Source of the DNA: the human T2T-CHM13v2.0 reference genome, Homo sapiens
DNA length: 64,000 nt
NCBI RefSeq assembly: GCF_009914755.1
Contig: NC_060944.1
Direction: 5' to 3' (one strand)
Part shown: positions 24,330-38,381 of the stretch, one piece after another
Layout of the letters: every line of letters begins with the position of its first letter
How positions within the stretch are numbered: the first letter of the stretch is position 1
Program-made: the position numbers and the translations under genes
The notes under the pieces: generated by a model
Seen by the model: the letters and a program-made list of their open reading frames with translations, nothing else
What the model was told of the DNA's origin: nothing
The model's database searches: none

Positions 24330-24950
24330 TATGTTTTATTGAGGCATCATTTACTTGCAGTAAAATGCACAGGTCTTAAGTGGAACATGGGAGGAGTTTG
24401 GACAACTGTGTATAATCACCACCCAGATCAAGGTCTAGAACGCCCCATCATCACCCCAGAAAGTTCCCTTGTACTCTTCCCTGCTCACCCCCCATCCTGA
24501 GCCCTACGCAGCCACTGCTCTTCTTCCTCTCACTGGAGCATGTGGACTTCTGTGGAGGGCGTGGACTTGTCTGCCTGTTTTGCTCAGCTTTCTCTGCGTG
24601 GCTGAGCTGGGAGCAGCTCCCTGTCCTGCTCTGCTGCGCCGTCCCCCATGGCAAGGGTCTGCCGCCATGGTATGGGCCATTCCACCCTTCATGGCCACCT
24701 GGGCTATTTCCACTTTTGCCTATTCTGAGAGGCTGCTGTGAATTCCTGCAAGGGTTTTTCTGGGTGCTTTTGTTTCAGGTAAACACCTGTGAGTGCAAGG
24801 GCTGGGTCCCAAGGCAGACATAGGTTTTACCGTTTTAAGGAACTGCCAGACAGATTTCCAAGTGACTGTGCCTCTGCATTCCTGCCAGCAGCGGATGAGA
24901 GTTCTGGCGCTCTGTCCTCATCCTTGCCAGCGGTGTTTATGACACCTGTT
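24330..24950 (-). mobile_element. Old L1M 3'-end fragment
   Basis: 'tttattgagg...atcaccccagaaagttccct...ttccacttttg...tgccagacagatttccaagtg'; boundaries approximate. Many further MIR, L2 and MLT1 fragments in the intergenic region are not listed individually. Confidence 0.65.
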
Positions 24951-26932
24951 CAGGTGAGTGCAGTGGCATCTCACCAGGAGACCGCCCCCCCCCACCTTTT
25001 CTCAATTCACCAAGTCTCCACTGGTCCTGGGACACAGCCTTTGCTGTCCTCTCACGAGCCCTTGGGGAAGGCAGCTCATCTTTGTGGCTGAGTTCAGGAG
25101 CCGAGTCCCCACGATCTGCCCTCCCCACCGGGCTGCTGCGTGTTCCTGGGGCTGCCGAGGCTGGGACCCAGAGCTGCCTTTTTAAGAACCTTCCCATGGC
25201 TGCCCACTGCTCTCAGGATGCAATGCACTCTCCTTCCGGTGGTCACGAGGCCCAGTGTCATCTGACCCTGGCCACCTCTCTGCTGCCACCCCAGGCCACC
25301 ATCCTACCTGCTAACCATGCTCTGATCTACTGCCTGGGATCAGGTCCCACCCAGGACCTTTGTCCTGGCTGTTCCTTCTGCCTGGATTCCATTCTCCAGC
25401 CCCTTCTGTTGGCAGCTGTGTCCAGGTAGAAGGAATGGCTGCTGCCTCTGAGAGTGATGAGCTTGCTGTGGGCTAGGTGCTGGGCACGGTCACCAGGGGG
25501 GTCCCATCACGAACCTCATCCTTCAGACCAGGAAACTGAGGCCCAGCAAGGTCACTGGAACTGCCCAAGGTCATGCCACAGGTCGGGGGCAGAGAGGAGA
25601 CCAGCCTTCATCTCAAGCCTGTGGAATCATCCTCTCTTCCGGAGTGGCCTGGCATCTTGTCTGGGAAGGAAGCTCTGGGCTGGCCTTGGGCAGAGGCTAG
25701 ATGATGTGAAATGCCAGCTCCTCTTGGGATTCACACTCCCCCAGTAGGGCAAAAAGCACACTCGTGCCTCTTCCTCTTTTGGAGAACATTTCCCCATTTC
25801 CCAACTCAGCATGAACTTCTTTCCTAATTCTGGGCCATATTGCTTCACTGCCATTAGCCCCCACCACAGACAAGTGTTCCGTGGGATCAGGAGGCTTTAG
25901 AAGTTAACACAGGACAGAGGTGGCCAGCACCACTAGGGTTCCCCTGGTATCTGGAGCCCCTGTCCATCCTGGTACAAGACCAGCCCCCAGGACTCATCAA
26001 CATCCCAGAGGTCAAAGTCTCCGCAGGTGGGACAAGCTAGAGCAAATCTTGTCCCATGTACTCTAGTCCCTTCGTATGCTGTTCCATCCGGGGCAGGCTG
26101 GTGACAGAAGACACAGTGCCCCCCACCCAGTCCAGGTAGCCCTGCCTTCTCTCCCCAGAGCCGAGAGCACTAATAGCCCCAGTTGTTGAAGAAAGGGACC
26201 TGTCCCAGGGTCTTCACTTTGTAGGTCCTGCCAGCAGCCCTGATTTCTATGTACGAATATTGCTGTCATCCATCAACTCCCCTCAAAACAACTCCCCAAA
26301 AAACAGTCACCTCAGATTCCCCCCGTTGAAGTAAAAGTTTCTTTTCCTAGACTTCTAAAGTCCAAGAAGGAACCTCAGCAACACAGGCACGTCTCCTGGG
26401 CAGAGGCGTGCGTCATGGAAAACTTGGAGGCTGGTGATTGGGCCGTCTCTGCTGCAAAGTCAAGTCCCCGAACGCTTGAAAAACAACATAATGTATTCCT
26501 GTCTGCAGCTCTGAGCGAAAGCTCATTTTGTGTCCTGTGTTTCCATTTCCTGAGGATTAATAAGTGTGGAGGGGAACTCGGGCTTCGTGCCGAATATTTA
26601 TTTAGTCAATATACGCATCAATTTAGCAAATTAGAGATCGCAAGCCATTTCTAAGCAATGCTGTAAAAATAATAGCTGTACTTTAAACTTGTAATGGATT
26701 TTGGTTTGGTGGGAGGTGGTGGCTACTACGTGCCTGGTACTTGATAAACAAAGAAGTTTAGTTCTCCTTAAACTTCAGTGGATGTCTGAGTCATTGGAGA
26801 TGTTTGTTTAAAAAGCAGACAGATCCTATTGCCAAGGGCACAGGCTGAGGGGTCTGGGGTGGGGGCTCTGGAACACAGTGAAGAGTGGGCTTCCGGTGAA
26901 TGGCCCTGTGTCTACCTCCTGGCTGTGGAGGG

Positions 26933-27151
26933 CAGGGTTCCTCCGCCTCGGCACTGCTGTCATGAGGGGCTGTGTGCTTCTCCAGTGTGGGGGCTGCTCT
27001 GTGCACTAGAGAATGTTCAGTCTCACCGCCATCTCTGTCCACTAGATGTCAGCAGCAGCAGCCCCCTCCCCAGTTGCGACGATCAGAAATGTCTCCAGAC
27101 ATTGGCACGTGACCCCTGGCAGGCAAAATCTACCCCAGCTGAGATCTACTG
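26933..27151. mobile_element. MER20 (hAT-Charlie MITE)
   Basis: Ends cagggttc...gagatctactg and internal 'aaatgtctccagacattg', matching the recalled consensus. Confidence 0.75.
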
Positions 27152-28455
27152 ATGTAGTGCAGGGTTCTCAGGCTCTCTGAGCCTCATTTCTTCATGGAGA
27201 CACACATTCTCACAAAAAAGCCTTCTACCCCACAACCCGGTGAGAGCACGGCTGCTGCTCACATTGCATAGCTGAGAAAACTGTGGCTCAGAGAGGCCCA
27301 GTGACTTGCCCAGGGGTACACAGCCCACCCGCAGCTGACCTGGGGTACGCAAGGCACTTCCTAGTCCTTGAAATGCTCAGTGGCCCCTTCTCATCCCTCG
27401 AGCCTCTGTCCCAATGTCACCTCTTCAGAAGGGCCCTCGCTGTCTCCCTGCGCTAGGGTAGGCTCTCACCCCTGCTCTTCCGATGCTCTTTCTTACCCCT
27501 CTGCCGTGTTCCCCACAGGACTTGGCCTAGCAAGCATCGTGACTGCGTGCGTATTGACTTGTCCTCTTCACTGTCCCCCACTGGCATGTGGGCCCCTCAA
27601 GGTGGGGGGTTCCTGAACTTGCTCCCTGCTGTGGCTCCAGGCCCTGGCGCAGAGCAGACGAATCATAGAGCAATCAAATGGCTCATTGGAAAGGTTCCCA
27701 AGGCAAGGCTGCCGGCTGCACCACACCATTCATTCTCCCCATATTCTTTGCTAACAAGGCCCCTGACTTTTAGCTCCTGGTCATATGGGAGTGTGACCAA
27801 GTGCTGGCCAGTAAGATGTAAGTAGAAGTCTTGTGTGAAGTCTTTCAGGAAGTGTCCTTACAGGAAGAAGCAAAACCCTGCTTATCCCTTCCTTTTTCCT
27901 GATGACTGAAGGTGGGACATGATGGCTGGAGCACAAGCAGCTGCCTTGGACAATGAGGCAGAAGCTCTGTGTTGAGGATGGAGGGTCAACACGGTAGAAG
28001 GGGTCTGGTCTTTGGTGACTTCTAGAAGTTGCCTGACCACGCTGAGCTGGGCTTCTGTTACATGAAGGTGAAGTCATCTTCTGTTTCATTTAAGCCATGC
28101 TGCCCCTGAGTCTCTGCTCCACGCACCACACTGAACCCTAACCAGTCCTCTAGGCTCTGAGACTGCCCAGGATGGAAAAGGGAACAGATGTTGGTTCTGC
28201 CCAGGCTGTTCTCAAATAAGTGGGTTCCATGAGTTTCTTCAATTATTATAGAAGGAGCTCCCACTTGCACTGTTGAGGCTAATCTGCCCAACTCCCAAGG
28301 TCAGGGGATCACTCATGCCCCTGGAGTGACAGGTGTGGGTCTGAGGGTCAGAGGGATGTGAGGGGAAGGAATGAGCTAGGATTCAAGTCTTGAGGTACCA
28401 GATCCTGGACCTGTGCTCCTTAGATGACACTGCTGCCTCTGACTGTCAGTCATGC

Positions 28456-28499
28456 CCATCCATCCATCCATCCATCCATCCATCCATCCATCCATCCAT
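28456..28499. repeat. (CCAT)n tetranucleotide microsatellite
   Basis: About 11 near-perfect units. Confidence 0.95.
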
Positions 28500-29706
28500 T
28501 TCTTCATTCACTCAATGAGTGTTCACAATATGCTTGCTAAATGCTGGGGACAGGGTAGTAAACACTACAGCTTGTGGAATCCTGGAGTGAAACAGACTAG
28601 TAGGTGGAGATAGACCATGAGCCACCAGACAGAGAAACAGACATGGAGATTACAAAGTGCTAGGCAGGGAGTCAAAGGGGAGATGGAATTGAAAGTGACT
28701 GGTAGGGTGGCTTCAGAGAGAAGAGATGGGAAAGTACGCTCTGATCAGGGGAGGTGAGGTTGAGAAGTGAGGAAGGGGGTACTGAGGGCTATGAGAGCTG
28801 GGAACGGTGCCCCAGGCAGAGGGAACAGCCGGTGCAAAAGCTCTAGGCTGGGGGTGGCCCAGGCAGGTCAGGGGATGGGGAGGCTGGAATGGGAGGGGCC
28901 GCTCTTGAAGGATTTTTGGTGAGGGGATCAGACCATGGGGACCCTGGTCAGGGAATTGTAAGAAGAGCGGGTACTACACAGGCTCTTACCCAGTGCTTTG
29001 CATGTTGTAACTGATATTTTTGGTACCAACTTGTGTGCCCTCACCATTCACCCAGTGGTGACCAGCAGCAAACACCTGTCACTTCCTGGGCTTGGAGACT
29101 TTCTCAGACCACTGCAGCTGCTCTTCCCATGCACCGGCAGGCTGTTCACACAGTCCCTGGCTAGAAGCATCCTGCAATCAATCTCTGCCAAGATGGGTGG
29201 ATAAATACTTTGGCTCCCTCACCTCCCGGCTGGAATAAACTTGATCTCAGGGTTATTAATTGTGCACTCTTCACTGGCTCCCAAAGTTCCCAAGAAAAGT
29301 TGAGCCCACAGGGATAACTTACCAGCTAAGGTGCCCTGTGTTGCTGTCTGCCTTCCGCTTCCCTGGCTCACTTTCCCTCCTCCTCTGCTAGGGCTTCCTG
29401 GGATCGCTCATGTTCTTGTCTCCTGGTCTGCTCCTGGGACAACCCAGTCTGAGACACAGAATTAGCTCATTTAGTCCTCACAGTGATCCCAGAGAGGAGG
29501 CACTATCATTGCTCCCATTGCAGAGAAGAAAATCAAACCGAGGTACAGAGACGTTAAGTCATTTGCTCCAGGACACACAGGAAATGACAGAGCTGGGACT
29601 TGAGCTCCATGGTGGCTCCGAGTCTGTGTGTTGACCCCCCTGCCTGCAGCACCGTTTATATTTGGTCCTGACTATGATTTGAAGTAGGCAGGGGTTTCAT
29701 GCAGAC

Positions 29707-29865
29707 CAGCGGTTCTTCAGCTGTGGTTCTTCCCCAGCGACAGCAGCAGCACCTGGGAATTTGTCTGAAAGAGTGATTTGGGTGGCCCACCCCCAGAGCT
29801 CGATTCTGTGGGTCTTGAGGTGGGCCCGGGAGGTTCTAGTGCATGCTCCAGTTCGAGAACCACTG
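29707..29865. mobile_element. MER5A
   Basis: TIRs cagcggttct / agaaccactg; internal 'cagcagcacctgggaatttgt'. Confidence 0.75.
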
Positions 29866-32800
29866 GCATAGGCGAGTGGTGTAGACACGACGTGCGGGAG
29901 AGGAATGGGAGGCAGCAGAGGGGTCTCCATCCCAGGGAAGAGAGGCTTCAGGGGAGAGAAGGGGGCGCGGGGGGTGGAAAGGGGTCAGATTCAGGCCACA
30001 TTTGGGGTTGAGCCGACAGACTTGGAGATGGATGGGGTGTTGGGGGTGAGGGGAAGAAAAACCAAAGATGACCCCTAGATGTTTGGCTTCTGCCAGCAAG
30101 TGGATCTCAGCACCATCCTGAGTGGGGAACACCAGGGAAGCTGGCTGGGCAGGGCCGAGGGGTCCATGTGAAAATGAGGGGGTGGCATGCATTCAAGGGG
30201 GGCTGCCCCCTTGACAATTCTGCTTTGCCCCCCTCCCCAACCCTGCATTTTCCCGAGGCAAGTCTCTTTCTGGGAACCTGACTCCCTCTGAGAACAGGCC
30301 TGGCTGAGCAGCCTGGGGAGGAGTGGTTGGGGCAGTAGCCAGGGCCACTGGGTGGTGTGGGGGAGGGGTGGTGCACACGCTGCAAAGTCCAGTCCTGTGG
30401 CCTGTGAAGCGAGCAACAACTGTGGTACTCGGGGAACCTCTGTTCCTGGAAGGAATGATCAGGCAGAGGCTAGCTCACCCCACACCCTGGCTGTGATGTC
30501 CTGACTCCGAAACATCTAAAGCTCAGCGGGGCAAAAAAAGATAGCTGCATTTCACCGTTGCATTTCAAAGCTTTCAGACAATGGTTGCCACCCAAAGATG
30601 GAAGCCCCCAAGGCAGGCCACCCTGCTGCGCAAAAAGGGCTTTGGCTGGGACACCAGTGGGCTCCCTGTGAATGTTCACAATGGAGAACAGAGTTATGCT
30701 AACACCAGCAACTGATTTAAAAAGTAGGTGATTATTTTAAAATAGCATTTTAAAATATTTTCATCATTTGATTGTGTGCAGTGTTCACATGTCTAGGAAA
30801 GCAATCTCCATTACAACACAAGGACACACGGGCAAGGATTGGGTGGTGGGGAAAGGGGAATGCTTAGGACTTGCAGAAATATGGAGTTCAGTGGAGAGCT
30901 GTAGAATGGAAAGGATCTGAAGAGACGCCATACCAGGCAGGAGGACTGCCGCGGAGAAAGGGATGGCGGTGGGAATGACCGTGTCTGGCCATCAGCTGGC
31001 AAGGTGGCCCTCCGAGCTCAGTAGGAGATACCTGCGATGGGCCAGGTAAAGAAGCAGGTCTGACTGGAAAGGTAGGTGCGGATTCACTGAGCACAGGAGT
31101 GCGATTTCTCAGGGCTGGCAGGTAGAGAAGGAAAACAGACACTTGTCTCTGGAAGGGGATAAAATCTTTGATTTTACTCAATCTGATCCAACATATATTA
31201 ATTGTGCACCTACCACATATAGGCACAGTTGTACACATGAAGATACAATGGTGAACTGGACAGACATGGCCCTGTCCACAGAGCATACACTCTGAGGGTG
31301 ACAGCTTAGAGAGCATCACGTGATGTTATTGTGGTGCGGCCTGACGGGGTGAGGGACCTACCAAGGTCACACAGGGCTGGATCAGAGTCCCAGGCCCTGA
31401 CCGCCAGCTCAGTGCCTTTCAGCCTGTCCTTGAGCAGGGACTCCTGGGAACACACTGTGGATGCACCAGGTGGCCCCAGTGCCCTCCTTGGCAACTTCAG
31501 GAGAGGGTAGTGAACTCTCTACCCTGTGGATTCTTCTGGAAAGAAAAGAGATGTTTCCTTGCTGCTGGTGGAACTTTAACCATAAGGAACCTACTTTTCT
31601 CCCATCTTTCTCCATACAGAAAGGGGTCTCTTAATTTGGGGCTGAATCTCAGACAGACTGAGGGGAGGGTGCCCCCCAGGCAGATTGCCCCTTGGGCATC
31701 CTAAGTATGTATCCTGAATTCACAGGAGGCATGGGATGAATTTAGACTAAGGGTGGAGAAGGCAGCTGTCAGAATTTTCAGCCTCCTTCCTTGGCCTGGG
31801 CAATTCTGCTCAGCCCAAACTTGCTCAGCCAAACCAAAGCCCTTTGGGGCATGGCTGTACCTCCTTAGAAGACGTCTGAGGTGGTATGTGCTGTTGTCTT
31901 GGCACATCTTCAGGAAAGAGGCCTCATCTCCAGCTCAAGTAATTTATCCTGGAATTCCTTACAACCACAAACAATTGACCCTGAGAGGGGCTCGAATAAA
32001 TGTGAATTTCTCCATCTTATCACACTCCCACAGATGTCTTAGCAACGAAGCAGCTGGGGCCAGGGAGCATCTAGACTCACTTCTTAATTGGTCTCTCACT
32101 TAATCCTAAGCCTTCAGCACTTTCTCGCCTGGGTGTCCCTTCTTCATGCTATGCACATATACAAAGCCACAGAGTCATACGATTTAGGACCGGAAGGGAT
32201 CTTTAAAAAATAACCAATGTGTTTTGGGTGCTACGAGCCAGGGACTGTGTTAAATGCTCAACCAGGATGAGCTCATTTGGCTTCCACTGTGAAACTGCTG
32301 CATTAGGGAGCTGCCCAGTCCAGCCTCTCAGAACACGCCACCTCAGGGCCACAGACACGGAAGGAGCCCCCACCACCCTGCAGGCCCCCCCCCCGCCCAC
32401 CGATTTGTCCTAAACAGCCCTGGTCTTTTAACGAGGCTTTTGAGGTTGATGTTGCCCAACATTAAGCAGGAGTGAAGAGGAAGCAAGATGGAAAAGGGGC
32501 ACCCACTCAAGTGAGCTTGGACCCTCAAGCTGGCCCTGCAGACCCCACTATGTCCTGGGGAGGCCTGGCAGGGGGTTCAGCCTCGCTGTCTTCGGGATGG
32601 TGATAGAGCCACCTATACTGCATCTCCAGCCCTTGTAAGCTCTGCCCGTGCTCTTTTCCCTACAGCCATGGGAGGTGGGGGCCACCTCTCATGCCCATAG
32701 CTGGCTCGTGGGGTCATGGTGAGAATTAAATGAGAAAACACATGTGGAGGGCTTAGCGTGGAGCCCTGTGCCTGGTGAGCTGTGACAGGTGCAAGCCTCT

Positions 32801-35800
32801 CCTGAGTCCCACTTTACAGATGGGGAAACTGAAGCCAGAGAGGATAAGTGACCAAGCTGGGTTTATGATTGGTCCTCCTTACCCCTGATCCCATGCTCCT
32901 TGTGGACTCGAACGCTGGATGCAGCCCAGACCCTGAACATGTGTCCAGGGAATCAGGGCACCAGTAAGGAGGATGAAAATGAGGCTGTGCACGCCGAGAC
33001 AGTGGTGTTTTCCCAGCATGCCCCATTAAGGAGGGGCTATCAGTGCTTTCCCTGTATAAATGGGGAGACCAGACCTTTGCCTGAGGCCACACAGGGAGGC
33101 AGGATTTGAATTCAGGTCTCTCAAACAGCAGAGCATGAGTGCTTAACAACCACACACTACCGCCCCTACTGCTTCCTTCTCACAGGCAGAAAGCCAAGAT
33201 CCCCCTGAAGCAGGCGCCCAAAGGCTGCACCGTTTCTGCTGACACCCCCATGACACACCTGGAGGTGGCCACGGTTGAGGCTGTTGGTGGCCGGGGTGTG
33301 TCATGGGGAGCATAAGGACCCCACAGTTGCACTGCCCAGGCTGGCATCCTGCACAGCCACTTGCCACCTGTGTGATCCCAGCCTGTGTCTGCTGCTGTGA
33401 ACCTGGCTCAGAGTTGGATAAGCAGAGGAGAGCACCATGGCACGGCTGGGATTGACCCAGCCAGTGTGGCTCTTGGTCCATCCCAGCTTCTTGCTGCCCA
33501 CTGCCTCCAGGTCAAGCATGTAAGGCTCTTAGCACTGCTGGGCACACAGCAGGTTCCTCACAGGCCCCACTCCTGCTGTGTGCCATGGCCACCCCCACTG
33601 CCCACCCTCTGCTCTGGGCTGTGTTCTGACCAGGGCCTGGCTCGCCAGGCGAGAGGAGGTATCCAGGGCAGAGGTACCACGTCTGGGGGAGTGGCCCTCT
33701 GTGAGCCCCTGGCCTGCTGGGCTCCTGGCCTGCAAGTAGCCCCCTCCCCCAGGAATGCCTCCAGATTTAAACACACCCATGTGCTGAGAAAAATACCAGT
33801 CCCCCTGCCCCCAGTGAGCGCCATCCAGCACTGGGGATTTTGCTGTCCCGGCAGTGGGGGTGTCCCCTGTGTGTCCCCTTCAACAACCACCTCCCTCTCA
33901 GGTGGCTTTGCAAGGCCTTGTTTTTCCGGACCAAAGTCCTGAGCAGAGGGGAAGAGCTTAGATGGGGTGGGGCTGCTCCCAGCTAACCCATAGCCAGAGT
34001 CTCTGAGAGCTGGAAGTTTCCAGCAAGAGATCCAGCCCGAGCTGGCTCCGTTAATCATTCTCCGTGGATTCGGGACTTGGCCTGGATGGAGTTTTCAGGC
34101 CACAGGACGGCCTGGGTTGAGCACGAGGATGGCACAAACATTCCAATGGGGGTGTTCTGGTGACCTGCCCAGGGAAGGGGCAGGGGCAGCGGTGGGGAGA
34201 GCGAATGCCCACCCTGTGGCTGGACGTAGCCAAGGGAGGCCCTGCTGTGATGCTAGAGGAGTGGTCCCCTGGGCTTGCCCACACCTCCTTCCCCATGTTC
34301 CTTCCAGAGCCAGAGGGGTGGGATGGGATAAGACGAGAAATGGGGCTGGGAAATTGAACCTGGACAGCGCATAGACGCCCTCCTGCAGCCCATAGAGCAG
34401 ACTTCTGTGTGTTCCTAAACACCCTGCGCACCTTGCGGAGTGGACCATGCTGGATTCAAACATGAGAAAGAAAAGAGAAGCATGGTAACAGGTGCATGAG
34501 ATCAACAAGGAGAGGCTCATGCCTACTGGGCACTCACTGCATGCCAGGCACGGTGCCCTGCGCCCAGGAGCCACCTGTCTAATGCTCCCGACACGCGAGC
34601 AGTAAGGACTGTCACTGTGTCCACTTCTGAGGGGGAACACTGAGGCTCTGTCAGGTTAGATCCTTGTCCAGGCCCCATGGTAGGAAATGGCAGAGGAGGC
34701 TGGACCTACCTCCAAGCCAGGTGTGGGACAGGCCTGGGTGGAGAGGGGTGAGGTGCATGTGTCCCCTCAGAGACCCTGGTCCAACAGCCAGTTCCCCGTG
34801 ATGTGGTGTAGGAGTGGCTGGAAACTCTTAGATCCTGGGATCACAGACCCCAAGGCCAGGACGAAGACCTACTGCCACCAGCTGGAGTGGAGGGGACATC
34901 ACTGGGAGGGACCCTGGGCAGTGGGTGCAGTGTGGCCCCATGAAGGCCCGGTGGGGACCAAGCCGGGCAGGCAGCTGCACCCACTGACTCCTCTGCCTTT
35001 CCCTCTGTTTTGTTCTGTCCTCTTTCACAGGGACACCCACAGCCTCTGTCGCTCCAGGCCCATGTCTGCCCAACACAGCTGCCTCCAACTGAGCAGCTCT
35101 TCTGTGGGGCCGGGGCGGTTCTCCTAGGAGAGCAGCCTATGCTACAGGCCCATGAGCAAAGTTTGCTGGGAAGAGGGCACCTGAAAGAGGCCTGGGGGCC
35201 TGAGGGCATGAGCGTGTGAAGAAGTGGGAAGGGAGCTCCATGAGAGGGAACAGCATTATAGAGGGGTTCAGAGGCAAGGGCCAGGCCAAGTGCGCCTGGA
35301 ACTGGCTGCACGGGTGCATCTGGTGTGCTGAGTTTTGGCTGGGGAGCAGGAGGAGGAGGAAGAGGAAGAGCGGTCGGAGGGCCGGGTCTGGCTAACTGAG
35401 GGCTGAGTTCAGGAGTTCAGTGTTCTGATCCTGGGGGCAATAGGGAGCCACTGAAGGTTGGGGCCAGGGAGTAACAGGACTAGAGTTGTAGCTCCCAGGG
35501 TCCCCTGGATGCTGAGAGAATGGACAGAGGGGCCAGAGGGACATGGGAGGCCAGTGGGGAGATTCCTTCCATAGCCAAGAGAGACGTGGTGGCTTGGCTG
35601 GAGGTGGTTTTGGAAGTGGGGAGAATGGGTTAATGGAGGATTCTAAAAGTGGGTTTTGATGGGACCCTCCCCAAGGAGGCTTCACCAGAAGCAGAGATCT
35701 GCCTGGGTCCCAAGAGAAGACGTGGGGAGCAGGGCTTGGGACACTACCCTGCTGCTGGGGCGCCGGGAGGGGGCCTGTCGCGCTTCTCATTGCTCTGAGC

Positions 35801-38367
35801 GCTCCTGCCCCCTCTTTGGGGAGACAGGCTCTTCCCATCTCACCAAGGAGTGGCTGGAAGCCCTCAGAGCAATGAGAAGGGCAAGGAGGACATGGGAGCT
35901 GCACTGGGCCTTGCCCATCCCCCACCAGGGGAGGACAAGCTGGCGGGGAAGGAGTGGGCCAGCCTGGAGGCCCCTCTGGATGTGCAGGCTGGGATTGAGG
36001 TTCAGGATTTGGGGTGGGGGCAGAAAGGTGGTTTCGTCTGGACCTTGACAGTCAGCAGAGGAGGTGGGAGGGAGCTTGTCACTTCCAGCCCCATCCTGCA
36101 GCCCCTCATGTCTGGCAGAAAGTCTCTGGACGGTCTATGACACCTCCAGCCTTGGCCTTAGGTATCCTCTGTCCAAAACTGGAATCAGCCAGAAAAATCA
36201 ATGCTTAATCTGGTGACTTCAAGAGGAACATCGGCCACCACCTCGGAACCTGGACCCAGACCTGGGTTTTTGTAAATACCCCGGCTTGGAGTGAAGTCCT
36301 TGTTCAAAGTCCCCCACTGGTTAGTGGGATTCAAACCCCAGCTGAGGTCCAGAGATCGTGCACTTGGTTCTGCGTGGGGGTGCGTGGCAGCCCAGGAAGT
36401 GGGTTCAGAGGCTGTGGGGCTTACCGGGCACCTTGATCTTTCCGGACCCAACTGTGGCCCCCAGGGAATCCGAGATGCATCCTGGCTGCCATGGCCCTGG
36501 TCCAGGAATCACAGTGGGCTGGGGGGATGGGACCGGCCTGGCTGGGCACAGGGGCCAGAGAAAGGAAGGGAAGAGATGGCACCCAGGGGCCGCCAGCTGA
36601 GGGCACAAAGGTGAGAGGACACCGGGCCTTGGGGAGCTCATGGTGCAGTGGGAGAACAAGCGGGATGAGGGTCCCCATGACAAAAGCAGAAACCCAGGCT
36701 CGGAGGGTGGCTTGCAGGCAGGTGGCAGAGCAGGGATGCGAAGCCGGGCGAGCCTGCTGCAGCTGCCACCTCTTTGGGTGGGAGCGTGCCTCACTCGAGG
36801 GCTTGCTCTCTGTGTGAGGCTTTTTCTTGTCCAACAAACACTCACTTGCTGTGTGTCAGGCCTGTCCAAGCGTGACAGGTGTCCACTCCCTAAACCCCCC
36901 ACAATAACCCTGCGAGGTCAGTGCTGATGGGAAACCAGGCACGGGGTGGGTGGGCACCTGCCCAGAGCCAAGCAGCCTGGGAGAGGGCTCAGCTACCCAG
37001 ACAGCTCTGGGGCAGAGCGCATGCCGCAGAACAAGGAGGACCAGGAGGCCTCGATTTACCCTTCAGCCCCGGGTCCCACAAAGGGCCAAGGTCAGGAACT
37101 GCCCCTTCTCTGTTCTTAATCTCACCCCAGGACCTGGGCCAAGTAAGAGGTGAGTCCCCAAGGCTGCCAGCCACAGCCTGTGTCAGAGCCTCCTGGGGAG
37201 GGGCTGCTGAACCCCTGGTCACACCCAACTTCCCCGCACAGCGCCTGGGGGCGGGGCCTTGGAGCTGTGATTTGCATCCAGCTCCTTGGCAGATGTCAGC
37301 CACCACTCACACTAGGGTCTTAGTGCAGGCCTGGCCCCCGGAATGGTGCTGCTCGTTTGAGAAGACACGAGTGTCTCAAGCAGAACACGAGGGGCCCATG
37401 AGATGTGGGGTAGAGTTTACAGGACACAGAGAGAAACTCCGACTCAGGGAAAGGCCCGGGAGGGCTACAGGGAGGAGGAGGAGGGCAATGGGCCAAGTTA
37501 AGAGGCAGGACATCCAGGCAGAAGGCACTGACTGAACGGAGGCCGGGAGGCTGGAGAGGGGTGTTCCTAGCTGCAGTAATTAGATCCTTGGAGCAAACGA
37601 GGAAGAAGGTGTAAGAAAAGGAAGATGCGTGGGTCGGGCCAGATCTTGAAAGGCCCCAAGGGACAGGTTAATCGGCCAGGTTTCCACACCCACTGGGCAT
37701 CAGAGTCACCTGTGGGAGTTCATTCCTTCACTCATTCAAGAGGTGCATATTGAGTGCTACTGTGGGCCAGACATAGTTCTCAGCCCTGGGGAGCCCGTGG
37801 GGAACTGACTGATGAGACCCCTACCCTGGTGGAGACAGGAGTGTCATCAGAGGACAGAGACTGTAATTAAAGAAATAGGAAATAAAATAATGGCAGATCC
37901 CTCTGAGTGCTCACAAGCAGATAGACCAGGACACAGTAGAGAGCGCCTGGGCTGGGAGAGGGGTCGTTTGAACCGAGTCCCCGAGGTGAGCCAGAGGAGA
38001 GGTCTCAGAAGTGGGTGGGAAGCCTCCAGAACAGATGGACCCTGGCAGCCCCTGCAGGGACTGGACCCAAAGCCTCTGAAGGACGCATTGAGGCCATCAC
38101 CTCTGGGCAGACGGGCATGCGCAGAGCATCACCTGTGCTCCGCAGACGAACGGCCTGACTTGGGATTTGAGGGTCTGCAGAGATGGGGTGGGTGTAGGGG
38201 GTCTCAGAATCAGAAACTCTGACCCTGGATGGGACCTCGGGGACCAGCCCCTGGCCCAGGGGTCTGGAACCGAATTGAGGCAGAGGGCGGCATCCTTGCC
38301 CCCGCGCCCTCCTGCCCTGCGAATTCTGTGGGCTTTTTTTTTTTTTTTTTGCAAAAACAGATCAAGG

Positions 38368-38381
38368 GCGCCACCTGGTGG
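38368..38381 (-). promoter_or_regulatory. CTCF core motif (CCACCAGGTGGCGC)
   Basis: Full match to the CTCF core consensus on the - strand. Confidence 0.8.
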
